33,318 nucleotides of DNA, taken from the NCBI GenBank assembly GCA_963739305.1, contig CAVTZU010000007.1, forward strand, positions 1 to 33,318, in the 5' to 3' direction. Positions 11,162 to 21,145 of this stretch are shown piece after piece (position 1 is the first letter of the stretch; every line of letters begins with the position of its first letter). Both the position numbers and the translations under genes were made by a program. The stretch is from Candidatus Bathyarchaeota archaeon. GTDB lineage: Archaea; Thermoproteota; Bathyarchaeia; Bathyarchaeales; Bathycorpusculaceae. The notes beneath the pieces are model-generated. The model did not search any database. It saw nothing but the letters and a program-made list of their open reading frames with translations, and was not told the DNA's origin.

Positions 11162-11174
11162 ACAAGGATCAACG

Positions 11175-11864
11175 TTATTCATTTGTGAAACGCGCCAAAA
11201 CGAAATCTATGGCCTCATTAAGGTTCGACACAACGGTATCGAATGGAAGCTCCTTGTTTTCCCCTTTGCGATCCAGCAACAGCGCGTTGATCCCCAAACG
11301 CTTGGGCAGCAAGAAATCAAGGGACATTTCGTCCCCTATCATTATGGCTTCTGAAGCTTTGCAGTGAAGGATTTCCAGGACCCTAAGGTACATCCTCGGG
11401 TGGGATTTGTCGACTCCCGCCTCATAACCCGTCATTATGAGGTCAAAGTAATTCCTGATCGGGCGAATCGCTGCGTCGAACTTGAAGTGTGCGATTGTTG
11501 TAACGACAGCCGTTCTGAAACCGTGTCTTTTTGCTCTTGATACTGCCTCGACGGCGTCCGGGTACAAGATATATGGATTTCGCGCTTCAAGTTGGATGAT
11601 GTGATTGAGCGTTTCATCGTCAACTTTGAGCTTGAGTCGGCGGAAAACCCGCCCGAGGTAAGTGCGCCAGGTTCTGTACCCATACTTTGGATAGTCTATG
11701 AAACTGACGAATGACCATGCTGCTCCGAACTGTTGAGGCGAAACTTCAAAGCCTCTGCAAAAAAGGTAGTCCGAAATCTCCTCGAATTCCTTCGTATTCT
11801 TCCTGTGGACTAGCGTTCCATGCAGATCAAATAGAATTGCTCTCACTTTTTTCAAATGGCTCAC
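11175..11864 (-). CDS. HAD superfamily hydrolase
   Basis: FDLHGTL motif I, conserved Lys in motif III, IGDEMSLD motif IV. Confidence 0.85.
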   Translation of the reverse strand: MSHLKKVRAILFDLHGTLVHRKNTKEFEEISDYLFCRGFEVSPQQFGAAWSFVSFIDYPKYGYRTWRTYLGRVFRRLKLKVDDETLNHIIQLEARNPYILYPDAVEAVSRAKRHGFRTAVVTTIAHFKFDAAIRPIRNYFDLIMTGYEAGVDKSHPRMYLRVLEILHCKASEAIMIGDEMSLDFLLPKRLGINALLLDRKGENKELPFDTVVSNLNEAIDFVLARFTNE

Positions 11865-12235
11865 TCATCTCCCTAAATATGTGCCGTCTCAAAATAAAAA
11901 CCATAACAAGACCTAGGACAGCACAGGAGTGGAATAAGTCGATGAACAGAAATGAGACGAGGGCTTGAATTTCCATCCCCCAGTTTCTAAGCTCTGTAAT
12001 GGTCTATAACGAACGTTTAATCCAGACGGTGCGTGCCAGGCCTACGAGCTTCCACGATCGAAATCAACTTTGGATGTGCTTCATCAGAGCTTCTTAGCGT
12101 CTTCCACAACGCCTGAGATTCCCGGCTTCTTTACGCAACGAAAGTCTATCTACTCTGCCACACTCAACATGCAGATTCAAGTGGAAACCACGGCAAGAAT
12201 CAACCAACGCCCCAACGAAAGGCCCAACCCCAATA

Positions 12236-12306
12236 CCGTGCAAGAAAAAAAGGCCGGGGGGTAGGGTGTTTTAGAGCTGAAAACACTCAAAAACCATGTT
12301 GACCAG
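12236..12306 (+). repeat. 71-bp repeat, copy 1 (inverted copy at 21587-21657)
   Basis: CCGTGCAAGAAAAAAAGGCCGGGGGGTAGGGTGTTTTAGAGCTGAAAACACTCAAAAACCATGTTGACCAG is the reverse complement of 21587-21657. Confidence 0.95.
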
Positions 12307-12509
12307 GCCCTAAGCGAGGACTCAGAATAGGAAGCTGAATTTGCTGTTCAGCAAATCATAAACTAGCTCCGTCATGTTAACGCGCGATCTTGAAGTTTCC
12401 ATCAAATGCAACAACCTTGATAGCACGCGCTTCAACCACAAGACTTTTAAACTGTTTCAAAATCTTCGTCTTTTTTGAGCTTTCCCTGTGAAATTGTGGG
12501 GCTCCAAAG

Positions 12510-13230
12510 TTGAATATTGATACTGAAATTATATTGTCAATCCTCAAACTGACTAAGAGCAGATCTGTTACACAAGAAGCACTCAAAAACGACCTTCGCT
12601 TCCCCCTTGATGTTGTATTGCACTTGCTTAAGACACTGCAAAATGAAGGTCTGATTTATGTCTGCGACGATGTGATACACGCAACAGAGATGCAACGATT
12701 CGAACTGGCGATTCGTGCGTTGAAAGATGTTGATATCGAAAAAGTCACGGACTGTGCTTCAATGGAGAGAATTTGAGGCGATGACCGCTCTTGCATTTGA
12801 GCACAATAGCTATTCAGTCGTGAAGAATCTTCGTTTTAAACACAACGGACGAAGATACGAAATAGACGTTGTCGGTTGGAAAAACTCTTCGGTTGTCTGC
12901 GTAGACTGCAAACATTGGCACCATGCAATTGGCAGATCCACGTTGGAGCGCATAGTGGAAGAGCAAGTGGAAAGAGTTCGCGCGCTGTCCTGCTCCCTTC
13001 CCAATCCGAGGATCAAGATTGAATGCTCATCACCGGACTCATTAAGGTTCATGCCCGTTGTTTTGTCTCTAATCAAGGACAAGTCCAAATTCTGCGGCGG
13101 AGTGCCAATCGTGTCTATACTCCAACTGCAAGATTTCTTGAATCAGCTGCCCGCTTATGAGGAGTCCATCATGCAGATTTCTACCGCCAGACCTGATAAG
13201 CCATATTCCAGCCAGAGCAAACTCGATTGA
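12510..13230 (+). CDS. wHTH plus PD-(D/E)XK restriction-endonuclease-like (Mrr/NERD-type) protein, with a frameshift near 12750
   Basis: ORF 12510-12776 (wHTH-like) overlaps ORF 12727-13230 (WREFE...EIDVVG...VDCKHW). Most simply one gene with an indel. Confidence 0.7.
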
Positions 13231-13263
13231 TACGTCCTTCATTTCACGGGTAGATTTGTCTGC

Positions 13264-15126
13264 TCAGCTTTCTCTCATCGTCTCCAACAACGGCTTATGA
13301 GCAAATCTTAAAGCTGGATAAAGGCTCGAAAGAAAAGTCGTTAACAAGGCGACGACTAGCAATCCAGCGATTTTCAACAAGGTATAGGAAGTGACAAGTG
13401 GATTTTGGACTAGAATCAACTGAGTAATTATCGTTCCAACTGCTACGCCCATGCCGTAGCTCGGGAGCACTATGAACATGTTTTGTGCAGAAACAATCCT
13501 GATCACCGTTCCTGGCCTCGCGCCAACTGCTCTTAAAACGCCGAACTCTTGACGATGTTCGTCAATGGTTAGAACAACGAAACCGACCAGAACCAACGAA
13601 GCAGTGACCAACGAAAGCAAAGGAAGAAACAGAATCGGAGACCAAACGTATCCCAAGAAGTCAACGCTTCGGCTCAACTCATCTCGCAGATCCAAAACCG
13701 TGAAATTTGGATCCTGAGCATGAACGACCGCGTAAAGTCGGTCCAAGAAATCTGTCTTGTTTATCGATGGACTGATCCCCACTAAGGCCAAGTTTGGTCC
13801 GAGTGCACCCGTCAAGTTCTCCAGCATCCCAATCGGAACATAAACGACTCTACCATTGTTAATAGGGTCGATACAAACGCCGACAACGTCGAGTGATGTA
13901 TTGAACACTCTCACTTTCTGAACTAGAGGATCAGCGAACATTTCCGTTGACAGCGTGTCCCCCACAACCGCTTCGTCTGCATTGATAGACGATGGAAAAG
14001 CACCATTGATAAGCCAGTGACTCAGGACCTGATCAGGCTGCACGCCAACTAAGAGAGTCGTATCTCTTCTATTGTCTCCCACAGTCTGAGTTTGACCTGT
14101 TGTTTCTCCAAGCACGACGCCTTGAACTTCTTCCGCTACAGTTCTCGTTACTAACCGTGGGTCAACTCCAGTGTTTCCTTGTAAATCTCTTAGTTGATTG
14201 AGAAAACTGTCGCTTAACTCGTACGTTGGGCCGGAATAGTTGAACTGAAGGTCAGTGTTGCCGGAAAAGAAACATTCGAGCAACTTTTGATAAGTCCTGC
14301 AAACATCCTCATGTGCCACCAGAACGACGTTTGAACCCACAGCCCTTTGTACCCAACTTTGGGTTGTCTCTTCAGCAATCAACCCCCCTGCAATTGCGAC
14401 GGTCACAAGGGTGAAAACGCTGCTAAGGCACAGAACAATTTTGATCGTTGACGATCTATGCCGCACAATTCCGCGCAAAGCGACCTTCAGCGTGAACCTA
14501 GATTTCGAGAGAACCCTCGAACGCGATTCCTTCGACAGTCCAACATAGTAGGTCGGCGAAATTGCCTCTGCAGGCTTCATCTTCGAAGTGTCAAAAATCG
14601 GTTTGGCACCTACAACTAGCGAGAAAACGAAAAAAACAAGGAACGTGATTACTAATAGCTGAAAATCGATGCTGAAACCTGAAACTTGTCCTGGCGCAAA
14701 GACGTTTGCATACCCCAAGTATGCGAGCGACCCGAGCAAGACACCTATCAGGCAACCCAAGAAACTGATGATGAGAAGCTCATTGAAAAAGTACCCAAAA
14801 ATCATGTCGTTAGGGCATCCTATTGCTCTCATTAGTCCAAGATCACGTCTTCTCTGCGACATCATCAATGAGATCATGAACGAAGACATGACCACCCCAG
14901 CGATCACGATTAAGGCCGCTAGAAATACGATGAAAGGCGAAAAAAGGCTTGAAATACCCGCCGTCAACGTCCCCTGAGATTTCAGCGTGAAGCCAAAACC
15001 GACTCTTTCTGCAGAGAGAAGCAAGAAAAGCGTAGATCCCACTGACAAAGCCAAACTGGAAATGGCTATAGAAGACTGAAGCCTTCTACGCATCAGATCA
15101 TTCAGTGAAAATGAAGTTTCACTCAT
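13264..15126 (-). CDS. ABC transporter permease, FtsX/MacB family
   Basis: Two FtsX-like motifs (RRRDLGLMRAIG and RQEFGVLRAVGA), multiple TM helices and a large extracytoplasmic loop. Confidence 0.88.
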   Translation of the reverse strand: MSETSFSLNDLMRRRLQSSIAISSLALSVGSTLFLLLSAERVGFGFTLKSQGTLTAGISSLFSPFIVFLAALIVIAGVVMSSFMISLMMSQRRRDLGLMRAIGCPNDMIFGYFFNELLIISFLGCLIGVLLGSLAYLGYANVFAPGQVSGFSIDFQLLVITFLVFFVFSLVVGAKPIFDTSKMKPAEAISPTYYVGLSKESRSRVLSKSRFTLKVALRGIVRHRSSTIKIVLCLSSVFTLVTVAIAGGLIAEETTQSWVQRAVGSNVVLVAHEDVCRTYQKLLECFFSGNTDLQFNYSGPTYELSDSFLNQLRDLQGNTGVDPRLVTRTVAEEVQGVVLGETTGQTQTVGDNRRDTTLLVGVQPDQVLSHWLINGAFPSSINADEAVVGDTLSTEMFADPLVQKVRVFNTSLDVVGVCIDPINNGRVVYVPIGMLENLTGALGPNLALVGISPSINKTDFLDRLYAVVHAQDPNFTVLDLRDELSRSVDFLGYVWSPILFLPLLSLVTASLVLVGFVVLTIDEHRQEFGVLRAVGARPGTVIRIVSAQNMFIVLPSYGMGVAVGTIITQLILVQNPLVTSYTLLKIAGLLVVALLTTFLSSLYPALRFAHKPLLETMRES

Positions 15127-15817
15127 TCTGGCTCATCAGCGCCCCGTTTTCAAGCCAAAGCTTTTGGTCACCGAGTTCACTGATTCTTGAGTCGTGAGTG
15201 GCAGCTATTACTGTTTTTTTCTGAGCTTTCATGGTTCTGAGTATCTCGACGATCTGAGCACTCGTTTTCCTGTCCAAGTTGCCTGTTGGTTCGTCTACAA
15301 GCAGCATGGGTGGGTTGTTGGCTAAGGCTCTGGCAAAGGCGACGCGTTGCTGTTCGCCGCCGCTAAGTTGAAAGGGAAAGTGTTCGGATCTTTGCTGCAG
15401 ACCCACAATTTCGAGCAGCTCCTCAACTCGCTTTCTTATGTCCAAATCAGGTTTTCGGAGCCATTCCATGGGAAAGGCAACGTTCTCGAATACGGTCAAG
15501 GTAGAGACAAGGTTGTACGACTGAAAAACGAAACCGACGCGAGTGCATCTGAATCCAGCTAGAAAATCCTCGTTCTTGGTTTCCAGATCTTCATCAAATA
15601 CGTAGATCTTGCCGCTTGTCTGTTTGTCAATGGCGCCTATGATGTTGAGAAGCGTTGTTTTTCCTGAACCAGAAGGACCACTGATTGTTATGAATTCGCC
15701 CTCCTTGACTTCAAGGTTTACGTTTTTCAACACTTCAACCTTCGATTCGAAAGCCAGATAGGTCTTGCTCAATAGAGACGTCAGTATTACTGTTCGCGGC
15801 TCAGTCGTCTTGTTCAT
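15119..15817 (-). CDS. ABC transporter ATP-binding protein (LolD/MacB-like)
   Basis: GPSGSGKT, LSGGEQQRVA, DEPTGNLD and THD motifs. Confidence 0.95.
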   Translation of the reverse strand: MNKTTEPRTVILTSLLSKTYLAFESKVEVLKNVNLEVKEGEFITISGPSGSGKTTLLNIIGAIDKQTSGKIYVFDEDLETKNEDFLAGFRCTRVGFVFQSYNLVSTLTVFENVAFPMEWLRKPDLDIRKRVEELLEIVGLQQRSEHFPFQLSGGEQQRVAFARALANNPPMLLVDEPTGNLDRKTSAQIVEILRTMKAQKKTVIAATHDSRISELGDQKLWLENGALMSQNE

Positions 15818-16266
15818 CAGTTTTTCGTCACATCCATGTTTCCCCTGTCACGTTTCAGTATTCTTGTTTTGTCTGGAAGCTTTGCTTTTTCATAGTCTCG
15901 CCAGCTGACTTCTTTGAAAATCCATCGCTTTCCCAGATGGGCCGCTAACACCGCATGCTTATGAGAACTTTCCAACGGGATAAGCTCGTTCAAGAATCTG
16001 AAGAGTTTTTCAACCTGCTGCTTCGGGAAATAGGCGTAGTATCCAGCGTTTTTCACTTCAAAGGCATACATGTCAGCGTTCTTTCTCGCCATAACGTCTG
16101 GCAAAGGATTAAGGCTTGGATTGCTCACTGGCACACGTACAGAATTGTAGCCATTCTTCTGCAACAACTTCACGAGCGCGTTCTCGCTGTAGAAGCCTCG
16201 CTTTCGCCATCTCCGAATCGCGTCTTTGTCAACTTCTCTCACCAATGAACATCCTCTTAATCGCAT
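15817..16266 (-). CDS. Hjc-like PD-(D/E)XK nuclease (Holliday junction resolvase family)
   Basis: G.YSE..LVKLL...GY...RVP.S...PDV.A.....AFEVK matches the archaeal Hjc pattern. Confidence 0.7.
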   Translation of the reverse strand: MRLRGCSLVREVDKDAIRRWRKRGFYSENALVKLLQKNGYNSVRVPVSNPSLNPLPDVMARKNADMYAFEVKNAGYYAYFPKQQVEKLFRFLNELIPLESSHKHAVLAAHLGKRWIFKEVSWRDYEKAKLPDKTRILKRDRGNMDVTKN

Positions 16267-16320
16267 GCCGAGAGTACTTTAGGCGAAAATGCAGATAAAT
16301 AACTATTGACCTCGGCCCAG

Positions 16321-18564
16321 TCAGATTGTTCTCCGTTTCCAAGCCTGAACCGGGATGCTAAGAACCGGTTTCTCGACCACGCATTCTCTAAGATAGTCTT
16401 CGAGGGTCGCAGCAGGCAACACTTCCACCCCGTAGTCTTTCACGTCGATCGAGTTCTCGAAATTCTTTTGTGGTATGACAACCTTCTTGAACCCCCATGC
16501 TTCCGCAGCCTTAATCTTTTCATAGAGACCTCCCACGGCAGTGATTTGGATTGAGTCTCCGACACCGAGGTTGATCTCTCCGGTGACGGCCACGTCCTGT
16601 CTGACAGGTCTGCCTTCAATTAGCGAACACAGCAGAATGGTCATGGTAACGCCCGCTGATGGACCGTCCACTCCGTATGACTGTGAGAAATCTATGTGCG
16701 TGAGGTAATCCTGTGCTATGTCCAGCCCGTATTTCTGCAGGATCACACTTCGAACTTTGGCGATGCTGTCTGAAATGAAGCTCTGACCCTTGGCAACTCC
16801 TGTGACTTTGTAGTAGCCCTTGAAAGGATAATTTCTTGGAAGAGATGATCTTTTGACCATTTGGGCTTTGACGTTCAGTACGCTTCCGGTCATCTCGCCG
16901 CTGTACGGGTCGTTGACGACTGCCAGACCGTGTATTTGCCCAACTTTGACCCCTTTAGGCGCGATCTCTAGGAGTTTCCCTCTCTCTTGCATGTCGTGTT
17001 CGAGTATTTGTCTTTGAATGGTCTTGCAATGCTGTCCTGCGGCTTCAACAACATGTCTCCTTTCCACGAGCTGCTTTCCTTCATTCATGGCCAAGGTCGA
17101 GGCGGTTTTGATTATTGAAATCAAGGGCCTGAATCTAGTCGTCAAAGCATCTTTCTTGTTGCTTCTTCGTCTGCCTTCCTCAACTATTTCCTCACAGGCT
17201 TCTCTGCAAAAAGGAATCAAATTGAACCGCTTTATTTCTTGAGCTATAAACTGCACGTACTTGCGTCTGTTCTCCACTGTGTTTTGCATCTCATTGTTCA
17301 TTCTGACGACTTTTCCGTAGCCATATATTCTGTCCATTAGCGCCGGGTGCATCTGGCCGATGCTGTCAAAGTTTCCGGCACCGACAAGGAAGGTGATCGC
17401 CGGAACTGGCTCCGTTGAAACAGCCATTGCTGCAGTGTCTCCACCGTGCAATCTTCCTCGAAGTGTAATCGGCAGCTGTCCGTCCTCAAGCACTGTCAGA
17501 AGTGTAATTGCTTCTTCCGGATCTAGATTTTTTATTTCATCTATGTACAGAATGCCTTGAGATGCGACGTGCGCGTCTCCTGCGCTCACTCTTTGGTGTT
17601 CGGGCGTGCCTAAACCACCTGTCTGGTATGGGTCCCATGCGATCGAGCCGAAGAGCTGTGCGCTTCTGTGGCCTGTTGCATCAACAAAAGGAGCGTGACC
17701 TGAGCTGTTGTCGACAATCAGTTTGGGGACATCGGATTGTTGTGCACCTCCTATGCCCTTGAGGTTTCCTGATCCTCCGAGTTTTGAGATCCACCAAGTG
17801 AAGATTCCGAAAAAGATCAGGCTTCCTCCTGGAATGAAGGTGAGGGGCACGAGTCCAACGAATTTGCTTATCAAGTAGTCGGTGAAGCTGTTGCCGTAGA
17901 ACTCTTGAAGTGGCTCACCTAGATACTGGGGGTTAGCCTGCCACGTTAGCCAAGCCTGGGAAATGAAGTAAAAGCCCAGAGCGATCAAGAATAGGCCTAT
18001 CGCAACCATGAGGATCTGAAGGGTCTTGAGGCCGACTCTGGTCATGAATTTTCTCTTGAGTTCTTTTCTTTGTTCCTTCTGGAGTATTTTCTTCGCCTCG
18101 CCTGCTTTGTGAAGCGAAATACTGGGTTGGCTAGGAAGAACCGGGTTCTTCCAGCATAATGTGTCGGTTAGTTGAATGCCGTTCTCTTTGTAGACCTGGG
18201 TGAGTTTTTCAGTGAGCGCTCTGCCTATTAGCGACTTGCCCGTTCCTGGGTCTCCGAGTAGAAGCAGATAAGGACCCGGGCTTATGAGTGTCTTGGCTGC
18301 AGCTTTTGATTTCTTGGGATCTGTCCATTTCTCATACCACTTGCTTTTTTCTAGCCACTTGAGTTTGTGGACCCATTCGTCAAGGCACAGGAAGCATTCT
18401 TTGAGAGCTTGCTCTTGGCCGATGGCCCAGTTTATCAAGTTATCGTCAATGGGGAAACCGTCAGTGCTTCTGAATTTGCCCCAATCCCATTCGACCTTGA
18501 CTTCTCTTCCGTCAACGTTCTTCTCGAGAGTTTCGACTTTGTTACCGAAAGGGCTTAGGTGCAA
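16321..18564 (-). CDS. lonB: Membrane-anchored archaeal ATP-dependent Lon protease (LonB type)
   Basis: Walker A GDPGTGKS, two TM segments within the AAA+ domain, LYIDEI Walker B, DGPSAG catalytic Ser and EKIKAA Lys. Confidence 0.88.
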   Translation of the reverse strand: MHLSPFGNKVETLEKNVDGREVKVEWDWGKFRSTDGFPIDDNLINWAIGQEQALKECFLCLDEWVHKLKWLEKSKWYEKWTDPKKSKAAAKTLISPGPYLLLLGDPGTGKSLIGRALTEKLTQVYKENGIQLTDTLCWKNPVLPSQPSISLHKAGEAKKILQKEQRKELKRKFMTRVGLKTLQILMVAIGLFLIALGFYFISQAWLTWQANPQYLGEPLQEFYGNSFTDYLISKFVGLVPLTFIPGGSLIFFGIFTWWISKLGGSGNLKGIGGAQQSDVPKLIVDNSSGHAPFVDATGHRSAQLFGSIAWDPYQTGGLGTPEHQRVSAGDAHVASQGILYIDEIKNLDPEEAITLLTVLEDGQLPITLRGRLHGGDTAAMAVSTEPVPAITFLVGAGNFDSIGQMHPALMDRIYGYGKVVRMNNEMQNTVENRRKYVQFIAQEIKRFNLIPFCREACEEIVEEGRRRSNKKDALTTRFRPLISIIKTASTLAMNEGKQLVERRHVVEAAGQHCKTIQRQILEHDMQERGKLLEIAPKGVKVGQIHGLAVVNDPYSGEMTGSVLNVKAQMVKRSSLPRNYPFKGYYKVTGVAKGQSFISDSIAKVRSVILQKYGLDIAQDYLTHIDFSQSYGVDGPSAGVTMTILLCSLIEGRPVRQDVAVTGEINLGVGDSIQITAVGGLYEKIKAAEAWGFKKVVIPQKNFENSIDVKDYGVEVLPAATLEDYLRECVVEKPVLSIPVQAWKRRTI

Positions 18565-19106
18565 CGCAATACCTTCTATCGCCTTTCTCTGTCAAACTGA
18601 CTACCCGGCGAGCAATTAAAGGGGTATTTCGAAATCTGCAATATGAAGAAACTGATCACATCTAGATTGAGCCTCGCGGTTAATTGGGAAGCTGAGTGGG
18701 CAATTTGTAACGAGGAGTCGAAGGGGTCTTTTTCTGCCTTTCAAGCTGATTTCTGCCTTTTCTCAGAATTCTAGAACTTGCCAGGGGTTATTTTGATTCG
18801 AAATTCCATGAGCTGGAAAAGAACGCAGTTTTGTCGCGAGAACTCGAATTGGAAAGCCTAGAATTTGGCCAGAAATTTAAAAAGAGCCTCTTTTTGTCTC
18901 TTTTGGACTTGCGATCTGGCCTTGGAATGGACTTGCCCGTGGCGCGCGCTCCAAGCTATTCTGAGTTATTCATGTTATTCTGGGGACTTCAAATCTACTA
19001 TTACCTTGCGCGTAGCGTGATATATTGCTGTTTGGGAACTTTCCTTTTATTCGTCATTCAAGACTGAATATCTCAGCGAACTGACAAGACAAGGGCGAAG
19101 GCAGTC

Positions 19107-19235
19107 ATGGTCAAGAAAATCTATTGCGATAAATGTGGTTGCGAGTTAGGACTCGCGGAACTAGTAGAACTGCTAGGGTTCGATCTGTGCATGGATTGTT
19201 GCAGACAGATTGTTGTTGGGCGAACTGAACGTTGA
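19107..19235 (+). CDS. 42-aa CxxC...CxxC zinc-finger microprotein
   Basis: Manual translation MVKKIYCDKCGCELGLAELVELLGFDLCMDCCRQIVVGRTER*. Confidence 0.55.
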   Translation: MVKKIYCDKCGCELGLAELVELLGFDLCMDCCRQIVVGRTER

Positions 19236-19383
19236 CCCCAAATTATTGAGGGATTATTCTAAGTTATTTCAGGTTAAGAATAGCCTAACGCTGCGAGGAG
19301 CCTATCGACAAGACCGCCCGCGTGCGCTTCGCCAAACTCCAAACGACCCGCGCCAAACCGCTTGCCAAAATCGACCGATTAGC

Positions 19384-19683
19384 AGAAACAGAGCTCCCGT
19401 CACTATCAGGGATTCACAACATTTTTACATCGTCTTCTCTAGTTATCCAAGAGGGAATTTGAACATGGTTAATCGTCCGCTCGCGGTTAATTGTCCAGAA
19501 TGTGGGAAACCATTGAAGAAGAGCAAGGCTAAGTACTGCTGCGAAAACAACGCTTGTTCCGTTATATTCGTTCGTCACGCTGACATGGAATCTGTAATGG
19601 AGATAGTATACAAGTCCAGCGCGCCCGCTAAAACCCGCAAGAGGTAAAACCCTCACCCTGACTTGTTAGCATGTTTCGAAGTA
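19384..19683 (+). repeat. About 300-bp zinc-ribbon microgene module, copy A
   Basis: Aligns by eye with the reverse complement of 31540-31827 and with 33136-33318, including non-coding flanks. Confidence 0.85.
19465..19647 (+). CDS. Small C4 zinc-ribbon protein, copy A (60 aa)
   Basis: MVNRPLAVNCPECGKPLKKSKAKYCCENNAC...; GAGGG RBS; reading frame conserved in three copies. Confidence 0.7.
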   Translation: MVNRPLAVNCPECGKPLKKSKAKYCCENNACSVIFVRHADMESVMEIVYKSSAPAKTRKR

Positions 19684-19803
19684 AATTTCATGGGAAAAGA
19701 CCATGCTTCTACGAGAAAACTTCGAGATTTTAACGGTTTCATGGTCTTTCCCATGCCCCTTTTCGAAGTGCCCTATGGTCAAGTTTCGAAGTGAATGGTC
19801 AAA
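19674..19803. repeat. Non-coding repeat array (TTTCGAAGT direct repeats; CATGGGAAAAGACCATG inverted pair)
   Basis: TTTCGAAGT at 19674, 19761 and 19784; tandem TTTCGAAGTG..ATGGTCAA units; near-perfect inverted pair at about 19689-19705 and 19740-19755. Confidence 0.65.
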
Positions 19804-20589
19804 AATCAGTGGTTTCAGAGTGAAAAATGAAGCCTCTAGCCCCCCTCAAACTGTGACGGAATACTCAAAAGAACCATGATTTAAGCCCCTTTCCCAATCC
19901 AAAAACTCATACCATAGTACCCCGTGGCCTCATATAAAAACCGACGAAAATCTCCATGCGAAGCGAAGACCGCTACACTTCGAGTTTGCTTCGAGGTTTT
20001 AAAGGTTTTTCGGAAATGCCAAGGAAAATCTGACCGTTTTGGATAGATGAAGCCTTTTTTTCAAGTTGTGGGTCAGTGCTTTCGTTTTGGCTAAAGGGCT
20101 TTTGTCCAGTCGTGTTATGACAGACTGCCTGCGGAACGATAGGTTGCTTTGTGTACGGCTTGGCTTCTGCGTGTGTTTTCTGGTTGGGGGTCAGGTTTCT
20201 AAGTTGTCGCGTGGGACTGGACTTTTGGGGATGCTATTGTACAAAGGCCTTCCGGGTTGAGTTGTCATTCTCGTTTTTTATGGTTTTAATGGACAGTGTG
20301 TGGAGGTTGAAAGGGCTGAATTCGGGGTTCTCGTCTTTGATGTTGGTGGTTTGTCCTGGTTCGTGTAGGCTGAAAGTGTGAAACTTGATGCTTGTGCAGA
20401 TCTCGGCTTTTCATGCTGGTGATGCTGGTGGTTTTGGTATTACTTTGGTTTTCGTCGTATCACTGACGTCCTCCAGTGCAACCAGTGGGGTGGTTGTATA
20501 CGGAAGCATCGCCGAAGTGAACTGTTGTGGAGGATTCTTAGTTCTGTTTTCAAAAACTTTTAATGTGCTCGTTCGGTTAGGTTTGGTGT

Positions 20590-21138
20590 ATGAGACCTGG
20601 TTTAGTGTTGGCTGATTTTGCGGCGAGGGACGGTCGGAGGGTTGTTGTTAGGACGCCGAAGTGGGAGGATCTGGATGATTTGCTTGAGTTGATTAATTCA
20701 CTTGTTGAGGAAAAGGCAGAGATTGTTGTCAATGAGAGGGTGACGAGGGATGGGGAGGTTGAGTGGTTGGCGGGGGTGCTTGCTCGTCTTGAGAAGGATC
20801 AGTTTGTGCACTTGGTTGCTGAGGTTGAGGGGAGGGTTGTTGCTTCGGCTGATTTGCATCCTGGGAGGGGAAGTGACGCTCACGTGGGTGTTGTTGGGAT
20901 AGTCGTCAAGGAAGGTTTCAGGGGCGTTGGGGTTGGCACCAGAATGCTGGAGGTTATTGTTGATGTTGCTAGGAAGCGTGGGTTGCGTTTGCTCGTGCTT
21001 TCTGTTTTTGCCAGTAATGTGCGTGCGGTTCGGTTGTACGAGAGGGTTGGGTTTGTGAGGTGTGGTTTGGTTCCTATGAGGCATTTTAGTAAGGGGAAGT
21101 ATGTGGATGAGGTCTTGATGGCGAAGAGTTTGGTGTGA
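20590..21138 (+). CDS. GNAT family N-acetyltransferase
   Basis: FRGVGVGTRML acetyl-CoA motif, VFASNVRAVRLYERVGF. Confidence 0.92.
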   Translation: MRPGLVLADFAARDGRRVVVRTPKWEDLDDLLELINSLVEEKAEIVVNERVTRDGEVEWLAGVLARLEKDQFVHLVAEVEGRVVASADLHPGRGSDAHVGVVGIVVKEGFRGVGVGTRMLEVIVDVARKRGLRLLVLSVFASNVRAVRLYERVGFVRCGLVPMRHFSKGKYVDEVLMAKSLV

Positions 21139-21145
21139 GTTTGGT

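Noticed and set aside
12176-12188. TTCAAGTGGAAAC resembles an archaeal ORB element
   Set aside because: Single imperfect copy, no adjacent G-string and no orc1/cdc6 in the window.
12252-12259. GGCCGGGG in the 71-bp repeat equals the first 8 nt of tRNA-His
   Set aside because: The match is too short, diverges immediately, and has no integrase tail next to it.
12268-12279. GTTTTAGAGCTG resembles the start of type II-A CRISPR repeats
   Set aside because: Only two inverted copies 9 kb apart, no spacer array and no cas genes; most likely coincidence.
19210-19464. N-terminal extension of the 145-aa ORF 19210-19647
   Set aside because: The RBS and the homologous copies B and C place the start at 19465; the upstream part is conserved as promoter-like DNA.
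20066-20615. Short ORFs in the G+T-rich stretch, and antisense ORFs over GNAT and yjbQ
   Set aside because: Explained by compositional skew reducing stop codons; no protein-family signal.
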